A stretch of 64,000 bases of DNA from Alphaproteobacteria bacterium (GTDB taxonomy: Bacteria; Pseudomonadota; Alphaproteobacteria; Ferrovibrionales; Ferrovibrionaceae). The stretch covers positions 2,426-66,425 of the forward strand of contig JAGXRD010000076.1 in NCBI GenBank assembly GCA_018336035.1, given 5' to 3'. The position numbers were made by a program, and so were the translations under genes. Shown here piece by piece: positions 38,672 through 47,978 of the stretch; position 1 is the stretch's first letter; each line of letters starts with the position of its first letter. The notes beneath the pieces were generated by a model. That model worked only from the letters and a program-made list of their open reading frames with translations. It was not told the DNA's origin and did no database searches.

Positions 38672-40447
38672 TCAGGCAGACGCCTCTACTGCGAACTGTG
38701 TCGCGTATAGCCGCGCGTAAGCGCCGTTGCGCGCGAGCAGTTCGGCATGGCTACCCTGTTCGACCAGGCGGCCGTGATCCAGCACGAAGATCACATCGGC
38801 ATCGATCACGGTGGAAAGACGATGCGCGATCACCAGCGTCGTGCGGCCGCGCATCAGTTCGCTCAAGGCAATCTGGATCAGGCGTTCGGATTCGGTATCC
38901 AGCGCGCTGGTCGCTTCATCCAGTAGCAGGATCGGTGCATCGCGCAGCATGGCGCGCGCGATGGCGATGCGCTGACGCTGGCCGCCCGATAGTTTCACGC
39001 CATTCTCGCCGACCATTGTATCGTAGCCCTGCGGCAGGGCCATGATGAAGTCATGCGCGGCAGCGTGACGCGCGGCATTCTCGATCTCGGCCTGGCTCGC
39101 CTCAGGGCGGCCATAGGCGATATTGGCGCGGATGGTGTCGTCGAAGAGGGTCAGTTCCTGACTGACCAGTGCAACACTGCGGCGCAGGGATGCCAGCGTC
39201 ACATCGCGCACATCCTGGCCGTCGATCTTCACGCTGCCCTGGCTGGCGTCGTAGAAGCGGGGCACCAGGTTGAGCAGCGTCGATTTGCCGGCGCCGGAAG
39301 CCCCCACCAGTGCGGCCTTCTTGCCCGGCGGCACAACGAGGCTGATGCCATCCAGTGCCGTCTTGTCGGTGGCATAGCGGAAGCTGACGGCCTCAAGACG
39401 GATTTCGCCGCCATTCACCTGCAGCGGCCTGGCATCGCTGCGTTCCGTAATGGCCGGCTTGATGTCGAGAATGGTGAAGATGCGGTCGGCCGCAGCCAGG
39501 CCTTCCTGCATGGCAGTCTGCATGGTGGCCAGCGATTTGAGCGGCTGGTATGCGGTCAACGCCGCATAGATGAAGGCGGTCAATGTGCCGAGAGTCAGGG
39601 TCTCGCTGCTGCCGCCGATATAGATCACCACTGCCACGGCAATGCCGCCCAGCGCTTCGGTGGTCGGGCTGGCGGCGGCGCGGGCGCGTACCACCTTCAT
39701 CAGGTGCCCAAGGCGCGTATCGACCGAGGCACGGGCGCGCTCGATTTCGCGTTGCTCCATGCCATAGGCCTTGACCATGCGCGCGCCTTCAAAGGTCTCG
39801 CTCAGGATCGTGGTCAGCTTGCCGGTTTCCTGCTGGCCCTTGGCGGAACTCTTACGCGTCTTGCGGCCCAGCCGGCGCGTGCTGAGGCCCACGAAAGGAA
39901 AGATCACGCAGACGATCAGCGCGAGCTGCCAGTTCATGCTGAACATCACGCCGGTCAGGAAGATCAGGCTGAGCGTATCCTTGACCATGCCGGTCAGCGC
40001 CTTGGTGACGGCTTCGCGCAGCAGCGTGGCATCGAACAGGAAGCTGGAGATCAGCCGGCCGGAATGCATGTCGTGCAGCCAGGCAAGATCGGCACGGATC
40101 AGATGGGCATAGAGCCGGATCTGGGTATCGGCGATCACCTTTTCGCCGAAGCCGGTCATCAGCGTGCTTTCGAAATAAGTCGCCACGCCCTTGATCACGA
40201 CCACGATCACCACGGCGACCGGGATCATCATCGTCCAGTAAGGATCGCGCTCGGTGAAAACCTGATCGATGGCCGGTTTGAGCAGCCAGGCGGTGGCGGC
40301 CGTCATGGCGGCCACCACGATCATGGCGGCGAGCGCGACGGCCAGCGACCCGAGATGCGGTTTGACCTGTTCGGCCAGCAGGCGGCGCAGCAGCTTGCCG
40401 CTGCTGGCATGGGCCGGCTGGGGGCTATCGGAGGTGGCTGAGGTCAC
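38672..40447 (-). CDS. ABC transporter permease/ATPase, MsbA-like lipid exporter
   Basis: Six-helix TMD plus NBD. Motifs: Walker A GASGAGKST, signature LSGGQRQR, and Walker B ILLLDEATSALD. It sits next to lipid A genes. Confidence 0.85.
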   Translation of the reverse strand: MTSATSDSPQPAHASSGKLLRRLLAEQVKPHLGSLAVALAAMIVVAAMTAATAWLLKPAIDQVFTERDPYWTMMIPVAVVIVVVIKGVATYFESTLMTGFGEKVIADTQIRLYAHLIRADLAWLHDMHSGRLISSFLFDATLLREAVTKALTGMVKDTLSLIFLTGVMFSMNWQLALIVCVIFPFVGLSTRRLGRKTRKSSAKGQQETGKLTTILSETFEGARMVKAYGMEQREIERARASVDTRLGHLMKVVRARAAASPTTEALGGIAVAVVIYIGGSSETLTLGTLTAFIYAALTAYQPLKSLATMQTAMQEGLAAADRIFTILDIKPAITERSDARPLQVNGGEIRLEAVSFRYATDKTALDGISLVVPPGKKAALVGASGAGKSTLLNLVPRFYDASQGSVKIDGQDVRDVTLASLRRSVALVSQELTLFDDTIRANIAYGRPEASQAEIENAARHAAAHDFIMALPQGYDTMVGENGVKLSGGQRQRIAIARAMLRDAPILLLDEATSALDTESERLIQIALSELMRGRTTLVIAHRLSTVIDADVIFVLDHGRLVEQGSHAELLARNGAYARLYATQFAVEASA

Positions 40448-40559
40448 CGGAAATCCGTCTTAATCCAAGGCGTTAATGCCCGCGTGCTATAGCATGCGGG
40501 CGCCGCTGCGGCCAGCATGGCCGACGACGCAGACCGGATATGGCAGCCGGAAAGAGGCT

Positions 40560-42572
40560 TTACAACCGCTGTTTGGCGGCGACGGCCACGGCTTCCGGCG
40601 TGATGCCGAAATGCTTGTACAACTGCTCGTAGGGGCCCGAGGCGCCGAAGCTGTTCATGCCCACGAAACCGCCCTTGATGCCGAGATAGCGGTCCCAGCC
40701 CTGGCGCACGCCGGCTTCGACCGCGATTCGCACCGTGCCGGGGCCCAGGGTCTTTTCCTGATAGGCCTCGTCCTGGGCGTTGAACAGCTCGAAACTCGGC
40801 ATCGAAACCACGCGGGTCGGGATGCCATCCTTCTGCAGCAGGTCACGTGCCGTCATCGCGATGGCGATTTCCGAGCCGGTGGCCAGCAGCGTCACCTTGG
40901 CGGCGCCACCTTCGGCAGCGGCCAGTTCATAGCCGCCCTTGGCGACCAGGTTCTCTTCCGTGTGCGTGGTGCGCACCGCCGGCAGGTCCTGACGGGTGAG
41001 CGCCAGCACGCTGGGGCGATGCGTCTGCTGCAGTGCGACCTGCCAGGCTTCGGCGGTTTCCACCGCATCGGCCGGGCGCAGCACCAGCAGATTGGGAATC
41101 GAGCGCAGCGCGGCCAGATGCTCGACCGGCTGATGTGTCGGGCCGTCTTCGCCCAGACCGATCGAGTCATGCGTCATCACATAGATCACGCGCTGTTCCA
41201 TCAGGGCCGAGAGACGGATCGACGGACGGCAATAGTCGGTGAAGACCAGGAAGGTGCCGCCGTAAGGGATCAGGCCGCCATGCAGCGCGATACCATTCAT
41301 CGCCGCCGCCATGCCATGCTCACGCACGCCGTAATAGACGTAGCGGCCGCTATAGTCGCCCGGCTTCACCGGGTTGAGACCGGCGGTCTTGGTGTTGTTC
41401 GAGCCGGTGAGATCCGCCGAGCCGCCGAGCGTTTCCGGCGTCACCGGATTGATCACTTCCAGCGCCATCTGCGACGACTTGCGCGTCGCCCATTTCGGCT
41501 TGTCGGCTGCAAGTTTCGCTTTGTACTCGGAGATGGTCTTGTCGAAATTCGCCGGCAGGTCGCCCTTGATGCGACGGTCCCATTCGGCGCGCTGTTCGGC
41601 CGGCAGGGCGGCATGCAATTTTTCCCAGGCGGCCGACTTGGCGGCGCCGGCAGCGCCAATGCCGCGCCAGGCATTCAGGATCGCATCGGGAATCTCGAAG
41701 GCGGCATGCGGCCAGCCGAGCTTCTCGCGTGTGCCCTTGATTTCCTCGGCGCCGAGCGGCGAACCATGCGTGGCCGAGGTGCCGGCCTTGGTCGGCGCGC
41801 CATAGCCGATCACGGTGCGGCAGGCGATCAGGCTCGGCTTGTCGCTCTTCTGCGCGGCGGCGATGGCGCCAGCCACGGCTTCCGCGTCATGGCCGTCGAC
41901 GGCGATGGTGGCCCAGCCACTGGCCTCGAAGCGCTTGATCTGGTCGTCCGACACCGAAAGGCTGGTCGGGCCATCGATGGAAATCAGGTTGTCGTCCCAC
42001 AGCACGATCAGCTTGTTCAGCTTCAGGTGGCCGGCCAGCGAGATTGCCTCATGGCTGATGCCTTCCATCAGGCAGCCGTCGCCAGCGATCACATAGGTGT
42101 AGTGGTCGACCAGCTTATCGTTGAACTGCGCGGCCATCGCGCGTTCAGCCAGCGCCATACCCACGGCGGTGGCGATGCCCTGGCCGAGCGGGCCGGTGGT
42201 GGTTTCAATGCCGCCGGCATGGCCGAATTCCGGGTGGCCGGCGGTGCGCGCGCCGATCTGGCGGAAGCGCTTCAGCTCGTCCAGCGTCATGTCCTGATAG
42301 CCGGTCAGGTACAGCAGTGAATAGATCAGCATTGAGCCGTGGCCGGCCGACAGGACGAAGCGGTCGCGGTCGGGCCAGGTCGGCTTCTTGGGGTCGAATT
42401 TCAGAAAGCGGCTGAACAGCACGGTGGCCACATCGGCCATGCCCATCGGCATGCCGGGATGGCCCGAATTGGCGGCCTGGACGGCATCCATGGACAGCGC
42501 GCGGATGGCGTTGGCCATCTCGGCATGGCTGACCGGGGCGGAATGGCGGGGGGCGGCGGCAGGCTGCAGCAT
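40560..42572 (-). CDS. tkt: Transketolase
   Basis: Trimmed to ATG 42572. Motifs: [38 protein letters not shown], and [16 protein letters not shown]. Confidence 0.95.
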   Translation of the reverse strand: MLQPAAAPRHSAPVSHAEMANAIRALSMDAVQAANSGHPGMPMGMADVATVLFSRFLKFDPKKPTWPDRDRFVLSAGHGSMLIYSLLYLTGYQDMTLDELKRFRQIGARTAGHPEFGHAGGIETTTGPLGQGIATAVGMALAERAMAAQFNDKLVDHYTYVIAGDGCLMEGISHEAISLAGHLKLNKLIVLWDDNLISIDGPTSLSVSDDQIKRFEASGWATIAVDGHDAEAVAGAIAAAQKSDKPSLIACRTVIGYGAPTKAGTSATHGSPLGAEEIKGTREKLGWPHAAFEIPDAILNAWRGIGAAGAAKSAAWEKLHAALPAEQRAEWDRRIKGDLPANFDKTISEYKAKLAADKPKWATRKSSQMALEVINPVTPETLGGSADLTGSNNTKTAGLNPVKPGDYSGRYVYYGVREHGMAAAMNGIALHGGLIPYGGTFLVFTDYCRPSIRLSALMEQRVIYVMTHDSIGLGEDGPTHQPVEHLAALRSIPNLLVLRPADAVETAEAWQVALQQTHRPSVLALTRQDLPAVRTTHTEENLVAKGGYELAAAEGGAAKVTLLATGSEIAIAMTARDLLQKDGIPTRVVSMPSFELFNAQDEAYQEKTLGPGTVRIAVEAGVRQGWDRYLGIKGGFVGMNSFGASGPYEQLYKHFGITPEAVAVAAKQRL

Positions 42573-42681
42573 GTATAGGGAATCCGGCGTCAGAGGCGGC
42601 GAAAGCGGCCGGACCTTGCCGGGCAAAGCCGGGCGCGTCAACCCATGCCCGGCTACCCCCTGCTAGATGTGGTGCAGATGC

Positions 42682-45231
42682 CTAGAATTCCTGCCAATCA
42701 TCGTCGCCGGCCGCCTTGGCCGGGGCTGCCGGAGCGGGCCGGGCAGGGGCCGAGGACGAAGCCGGGGACGAAGCCGGGGGCGCAACCTTGGCCATGGCGG
42801 GACTCGCCGGTTTCCGGGTAGCCGTCGGTGCCGGTTTTGGTGGGGCTGGCCGGGCCGCCGGTGCCAGAGGTGCCTCCGCCGGAGCTGTGGCCATGGGCGC
42901 AGGCCGGGCGCTGCCGTCCAGCTTGAAGAAGCCGACCAGGTTGGCCAGTTCGTTGGCCTGCCCGGACAGGCTCTGGGCCGCCGCCGTGGTTTCTTCCACC
43001 AGCGCCGCGTTGCGCTGGGTCATTTCGTCCATGCTGCCGACCGCGGTGTTGATCTGGTCGAGACCGGTCGCCTGCTCGCGCGACGCGGCGGCGATTTCGG
43101 CAACGATATCCGACACCTTCTTGATGGCGGTGACGATCTCGGTCAGCGACTGGCCGGTCTGGTTGACCAGTGCGGCACCGGTTTTGACCTGCGCATTCGA
43201 TTCCGTGATCAGCGCCTTGATGTCCTTGCTCGCATTCGCGGAGCGCTGCGCCAGCGCACGTACTTCCTGCGCCACCACGGCAAAGCCCTTGCCGGCCTCG
43301 CCGGCGCGCGCCGCTTCCACCGAGGCGTTCAGCGCGAGCAGGTTGGTCTGGAAGGCGATTTCGTCGATCAGGCCGACGATGTCGGAAATCTTTTGTGCGC
43401 TCTGCTCGATCTGCGTCACGGCACCGACCGCATCGCCGACCACGCTGCCGCCCTTCTCGGCGGTGTCGCGCGCCGCGACCGCCAGCTGGTTGGCAGCCTG
43501 CGCGTTGTCGGCATTCTGCTTCACCGTCGTGGTGATCTCGTGCATTGAGGCGGCAGTCTCTTCGATACTGGCGGCCTGCGATTCCGTGCGGCTGGCCAGA
43601 TCCTGGCTGCCGGTGGAGATTTCATCGGACGCCACCTTCACCGACTGCGCCGTCTGGGTCAGGCGGCCGGCGAAGTCGCGCATGCGCTCCGACATACCGT
43701 TCACCGCGCCCTTGATCTCCCCGAACACGCCCTGGTATTCGCCGCGCACCGTCTTGGTCAGGTCGCCGCCGGCCATGGCGCTCATCGCGCCGGCCAGTTC
43801 GCCGGTCATGGTCTGCAGCGTGCCGGCCAGGCGATTCAGTTCCTGGCTGGTGGAGAGGAAGAAGCCCTCCTTGCCGCTTTCGCTGATGCGGCCGGTCAGG
43901 TCGCCCTGCGCCACCTTGTTGACCAGGGCGGCGATTTCGTCGCCGGCCGCCTGTTCGCGGGCTTCGCGTTCCAGGCGGCGGCTTTCCGATTCCTCGCGCT
44001 GCCGGGCGACATCGGTCTCCGCCTGCTCACGCGCGATCATGCTGTCCTTGAACACCTGCACGGCCTTGGCCATCTGGCCGACTTCGGCGCCGCGGTCGAC
44101 GAAGGGAATCTCGACGCCGAGGTCGCGGTTGGCCAGGCGCTGCATCGCGTCGGTCATGCGATTGATCGGTCCGGTGACGCGCCACTGCACGATCAGGAAG
44201 CCGAAGATCGTGAAGGCGACGGCCACCACCAGGGTGCCGATGCTGAGCATCAGGCTGCGTTGCGTCTGCGTCGTCTGCGCATCGGCACGCTTGATCAGTT
44301 CGTCCAGCGCGGTATTGGCCACCGCATTCAGCATGTTCAGACTTTCGGTCACCGTCGGCTGATATTTTGCCTGTTCGATCGGCGACTTCTGGCCGGCGGC
44401 GAAAGCCTTCACGATCGTCTCGCGCTCGGTGCCGAGCGGACCGGTGAAGAAGCCTTTCGCGGTATTGACAACATCGCGCACCGGCGCCGGCGTGTCGCTG
44501 CGGGCGGCAATGACGGTCACGATGTCCCAGGCGGTGGCGACGCGGCCGGCATCATCGGCATGGGCCATGGATTCCACCACGCCCCAGGTCTGGCCGGCCG
44601 ACATGGTGGTCAGGATGCGCAGCACCATCGAGCCCGCATAATTGCGGATCGTCCAGGCATTCTGCTTCACACTCAGCAACTGATCGACTTCGGGGTCCAC
44701 CAGCTGCAGCGAAGCTTCGAGGAAGTCGGAGGCTTCCTGCACGGCGTTGAGGTAGTTCTGCGTAACGCGCGGCCAGTCCTGCATGACCTGCGCCTCGCGC
44801 TGGGCGCGCGGCTGCGCAATCATCTGCATCGCTTTCGGACGCATGGCGTCGACCGCATCATTGGCGGCTTTCAGCTTGGTCAGCAGCGGTGCGGCGCCCG
44901 GCAGGTCGGCGCTTACTGCCGACAGCATAGCATAGCCGGTGTTAAAGCCTTTCAGCGTGCCGTCGCGCTGAGCGGTGATGTTATCGATGCTGTCCTTGGA
45001 GGCAGGGGCTTCGGCGCGGAAGACGATCAGGATGTTGCCGCGCTCGAGCCGGTGCTGCTGCAGGCTCTGGAAGAAGGCTTGGCTGATCGGCGCCAGCTGC
45101 GCGACGCGTTTGGCGGCAGCATTGCGGTCCAGGTTATTGAGCAGGGCATTGATGCTGCCGGCCACCAGCATCAGGCCCAGAATCCCGATCACCAGCCCCA
45201 GCGTGGTGCGAATGGAAAGGTTCATGCTCAA
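42682..45231 (-). CDS. Methyl-accepting chemotaxis protein with large helical sensor domain, HAMP, and long Ala/Pro tether ending DWQEF
   Basis: The signalling hairpin is IDEIAFQTNLLALNASVEAARAGEAGKGFAVVAQEVRALA. The C-terminus is ...AAGDDDWQEF. The ORF is 849 aa. Confidence 0.93.
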   Translation of the reverse strand: MSMNLSIRTTLGLVIGILGLMLVAGSINALLNNLDRNAAAKRVAQLAPISQAFFQSLQQHRLERGNILIVFRAEAPASKDSIDNITAQRDGTLKGFNTGYAMLSAVSADLPGAAPLLTKLKAANDAVDAMRPKAMQMIAQPRAQREAQVMQDWPRVTQNYLNAVQEASDFLEASLQLVDPEVDQLLSVKQNAWTIRNYAGSMVLRILTTMSAGQTWGVVESMAHADDAGRVATAWDIVTVIAARSDTPAPVRDVVNTAKGFFTGPLGTERETIVKAFAAGQKSPIEQAKYQPTVTESLNMLNAVANTALDELIKRADAQTTQTQRSLMLSIGTLVVAVAFTIFGFLIVQWRVTGPINRMTDAMQRLANRDLGVEIPFVDRGAEVGQMAKAVQVFKDSMIAREQAETDVARQREESESRRLEREAREQAAGDEIAALVNKVAQGDLTGRISESGKEGFFLSTSQELNRLAGTLQTMTGELAGAMSAMAGGDLTKTVRGEYQGVFGEIKGAVNGMSERMRDFAGRLTQTAQSVKVASDEISTGSQDLASRTESQAASIEETAASMHEITTTVKQNADNAQAANQLAVAARDTAEKGGSVVGDAVGAVTQIEQSAQKISDIVGLIDEIAFQTNLLALNASVEAARAGEAGKGFAVVAQEVRALAQRSANASKDIKALITESNAQVKTGAALVNQTGQSLTEIVTAIKKVSDIVAEIAAASREQATGLDQINTAVGSMDEMTQRNAALVEETTAAAQSLSGQANELANLVGFFKLDGSARPAPMATAPAEAPLAPAARPAPPKPAPTATRKPASPAMAKVAPPASSPASSSAPARPAPAAPAKAAGDDDWQEF

Positions 45232-45367
45232 TCCCCTCAGAAAACGGCCAAACAGCCTACCCTTTGGAGGATCAACCTAGCGTGGAAGACAGACGCTTGC
45301 CTTGTGAAAAAAAGGCAAGGTTGCCGAATATTTACCTGTCTGTGGCGCGACCTGTTTGCAGTTGCAG

Positions 45368-45973
45368 CTATGTCGAGGCGATAGCAGTCTGCCCGCCCTG
45401 CTGGGCGGCGATCTGCTCCATTTGTGCCGCCGTCGCCTGGTTCACCAGCCGGTCGAGATCGAGGATCGAAACCATGCGCTCCTCGCGGGCGACCAGCGCG
45501 CTGAGGAACTGGTGGTCGTCCGCCATGCCGGTATTGGGAACGCCCTGCAGGTCACGCTGGTCAATCGACAGGATGTCGGACACGGAGTCGACCAGCAGTC
45601 CGAAAGTGCCATTCGCCGCCACCACCACGATCACCACATGCATGCGGGTCGGCGTGGTGCGGCCACCGCCGAAGCGGACGCGCAGGTCGTAGATCGGCAC
45701 GATCGTGCCACGCAGGTTGATGATGCCGCGCACGAAGTCGGGTGTGTTCGGAAGGTTGGTCACTTCGGTCCAGGCGCGGATCTCGCGCACGCTCAGGATA
45801 TCGACGCCGTATTGCTGAGCGTCGATGGCAAATGTCAGGTATTCGTTGCTGCTCACGGGGTCGGCTCCCTGCTGCGCACCGCGGCCCCGGTTGCCATTTC
45901 CCTGCATGGTCTGGATGCCGGCCATGGCCTGCGCATTTGGCTGCGTGCCGGTGGTTGCGGGTAGCTGCTCCAT
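45368..45973 (-). CDS. cheW: Chemotaxis coupling protein CheW
   Basis: Trimmed to ATG 45973, which follows ACAGGAGG. Motif: YLTFAIDAQQYGVDILSVREIRAW...NLPNTPDFVRGIINLRGTIVPIYDLR. Confidence 0.9.
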   Translation of the reverse strand: MEQLPATTGTQPNAQAMAGIQTMQGNGNRGRGAQQGADPVSSNEYLTFAIDAQQYGVDILSVREIRAWTEVTNLPNTPDFVRGIINLRGTIVPIYDLRVRFGGGRTTPTRMHVVIVVVAANGTFGLLVDSVSDILSIDQRDLQGVPNTGMADDHQFLSALVAREERMVSILDLDRLVNQATAAQMEQIAAQQGGQTAIAST

Positions 45974-46004
45974 AAACGCCTCCTGTCGGCCCGTGTTCCT
46001 GGCC

Positions 46005-46030
46005 CAATCGGACCAATTGTGCATTTTTTA
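46005..46030 (-). promoter_or_regulatory. Possible sigma-28 (FliA)-like promoter upstream of cheW-mcp
   Basis: The minus strand reads TAAA-N14-TCCGATTG against the consensus TAAA-N15-GCCGATAA. The CCGAT core is present. It lies about 32 nt upstream of the cheW ATG. Confidence 0.35.
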
Positions 46031-46113
46031 GCACAGTTTCCCCTTGTATCGCCGCGATTTATTCTTTGTTGTATCTTCGTCCGCTTAAGGATCGCCGGAG
46101 GAAACAAAAAATC

Positions 46114-46899
46114 ATGAAACTGCCCGCCAACACGTTCAAACACGCGCTGAAGGCGCGGCGGCAGCAGATCGGACTGTGGTGTTCGCTTTGCAGCAATACG
46201 GCCGCGGAAATTCTGGCGACGGCCGGCTTCGACTGGATCGTGATCGATACCGAACACGCCCCCAACGAGGTGCCGATGGTGCTGCAGCAGCTGCAGGCCA
46301 TGCAGGTGGATGCCAATACAGCCAGCCCGGTGGTGCGTCCGGCCTGGAACGACACGGTGATGATCAAGCGGTTTCTCGATATCGGCGCACCGAACCTGTT
46401 GCTGCCGTTCATTCAGAATGTCGAAGAGGCCAAGAAGGCCATCGCGGCGACCCGCTATCCGCCGAAGGGCGTGCGCGGCGTGGCGGGCAACACGCGGGCC
46501 AACCGCTATGGGCTGATCACCGACTACTATGAGGCGGTGGAAAACGAACTGGGTGTGCTGCTGCAGGCTGAAACCCGCGATGCCGTGAACAAGATTCCGG
46601 AGATGGCCGCGGTCGATGGCGTGGACGGCATCTTCATCGGCCCGGCCGACCTGTCGGCCAGCATCGGCCATCTGGGCAATGCCGCGCATCCCGAAGCGCA
46701 GGCCGAGATCATGCGGGCGCTGGAACTGTGCAAGGCCGCCAACATGCCGGCCGGTATCCTGGCGGTGAACGAGGATGACGCGCGGCGCTATCTCGATGCC
46801 GGCTTCACCTTCGTCGCCGTGGGCGTCGATCAGAGCCTGCTGACCAAGGCGACGCGCGACCTGGCCAAGCGGTTCCGCGGCCATATCGGCCGCAACTGA
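46114..46899 (+). CDS. HpcH/HpaI family 2-keto-3-deoxy-acid aldolase
   Basis: Trimmed to ATG 46114, which follows GGAGGA. Motifs: GLWCSLCSNTAAEILATAGFDWIVIDTEHAPNE, RYPPKGVRG, and IFIGPADLSASIG. Confidence 0.88.
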   Translation: MKLPANTFKHALKARRQQIGLWCSLCSNTAAEILATAGFDWIVIDTEHAPNEVPMVLQQLQAMQVDANTASPVVRPAWNDTVMIKRFLDIGAPNLLLPFIQNVEEAKKAIAATRYPPKGVRGVAGNTRANRYGLITDYYEAVENELGVLLQAETRDAVNKIPEMAAVDGVDGIFIGPADLSASIGHLGNAAHPEAQAEIMRALELCKAANMPAGILAVNEDDARRYLDAGFTFVAVGVDQSLLTKATRDLAKRFRGHIGRN

Positions 46900-46912
46900 G
46901 GGAGCAGGTGGA

Positions 46913-47854
46913 ATGAAAACCACGGCTGTTACCGCAGCGGATCTCGCAACATCGGTATTCGCAGTGCCGCCGCTGGCGCGCTATGCCGACCTGACCCTGA
47001 ACGAGGATGCCAACCGCCAGCTGATCGGCTATCTGGAAGCTGGCGGCGTGCGCAGCCTGATGTATGGCGGCAACGCCAACTTCTACAACATCTCGGTCAG
47101 CGAATATGCCGAAGTGCTGGAGTTTCTGGTCGATGCCGTGGGTCCGGATACCTGGCTGATCCCGTCCTTCGGTCCGGATTACGGCAAGCTGATGGATCAG
47201 GCCCGCATCCTGCGCGGCTCGAAAGTACCGACCGCCATGGCGCTGCCGATGACCTTTCCGGCCACGTCGGACGGGATTGAAACCGGCCTGCGCCGCGCCG
47301 CCGTCACCATGGGCAAGCCGCTGCTGCTTTACATCAAGTCCGACAACTATATCGCGCCGGAGGCGGCCGGCCGACTGATGAAGGACGGCTCGGTCTGCGC
47401 CATCAAATACGGCACCGTGCGCGCCGACCCGGCGCAGGACGATTACCTGAAACAGCTGCTCGATCATGTCGATGCCAGGCTGGTGATCAGCGGCATCGGC
47501 GAGCGCCCCGCGATCACGCATCTGCGCCAGTTCGGTCTGGGGGGCTTCACCTCCGGCTCGGTCTGCGTTGCACCGCGCGGATCGATGGCGATCCTGAACG
47601 CCATCAAGCGCGCCGACTGGGCGACGGCCGAGCGGCTGCGCGAGGCTTTCCTGCCGCTGGAAGACCTGCGCGATGGCATCAGCCCGATCCGCACGCTGCA
47701 TGACGCGGTCACGCTGGCTGGCATTGCCGATATGGGCCCGATGCTGCCGCTGCTGACCGGTCTGGGTGCGGCTGAGCGCCAGCGCGTGCAGCCGGCGGCG
47801 CAGGCGTTGCGCGCCTGGGACGAGGGGCTGGGTAAGGCGCAGGCTGCGGAATAG
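46913..47854 (+). CDS. Dihydrodipicolinate synthase-family (class I aldolase) protein
   Basis: LIGYLEAGGVRSLMYGGNANFYNISVSEYAEVLE resembles the DapA/NAL family N-terminal region. It lies next to the HpcH aldolase gene. Confidence 0.65.
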   Translation: MKTTAVTAADLATSVFAVPPLARYADLTLNEDANRQLIGYLEAGGVRSLMYGGNANFYNISVSEYAEVLEFLVDAVGPDTWLIPSFGPDYGKLMDQARILRGSKVPTAMALPMTFPATSDGIETGLRRAAVTMGKPLLLYIKSDNYIAPEAAGRLMKDGSVCAIKYGTVRADPAQDDYLKQLLDHVDARLVISGIGERPAITHLRQFGLGGFTSGSVCVAPRGSMAILNAIKRADWATAERLREAFLPLEDLRDGISPIRTLHDAVTLAGIADMGPMLPLLTGLGAAERQRVQPAAQALRAWDEGLGKAQAAE

Positions 47855-47920
47855 ACCCTCACCCCAACCCTCTCCCGCAAGCGGGAGAGGGAGGGACCCG
47901 CAAAGCGGGAGGGTGAGGGT
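47854..47920. repeat. REP-like nested-hairpin element, copy 4
   Basis: GACCCTCACCCCAACCCTCTCCCGCAAGCGGGAGAGGGAG + GGACCCGCAAAGCGGGAGGGTGAGGGT. The first G is the last base of the TAG stop of the upstream gene. Confidence 0.88.
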
Positions 47921-47935
47921 AGTGGTTACAATAAA

Positions 47936-47962
47936 AAGCCCCGGTCTCCCGGGGCTTTTTCT
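47936..47962. terminator. Bidirectional rho-independent terminator (DapA-like gene / acyl-CoA ligase gene)
   Basis: AAAAA-GCCCCGG-TCTC-CCGGGGC-TTTTTCTTT. Confidence 0.85.
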
Positions 47963-47978
47963 TTGGCTCTCATCAGCC

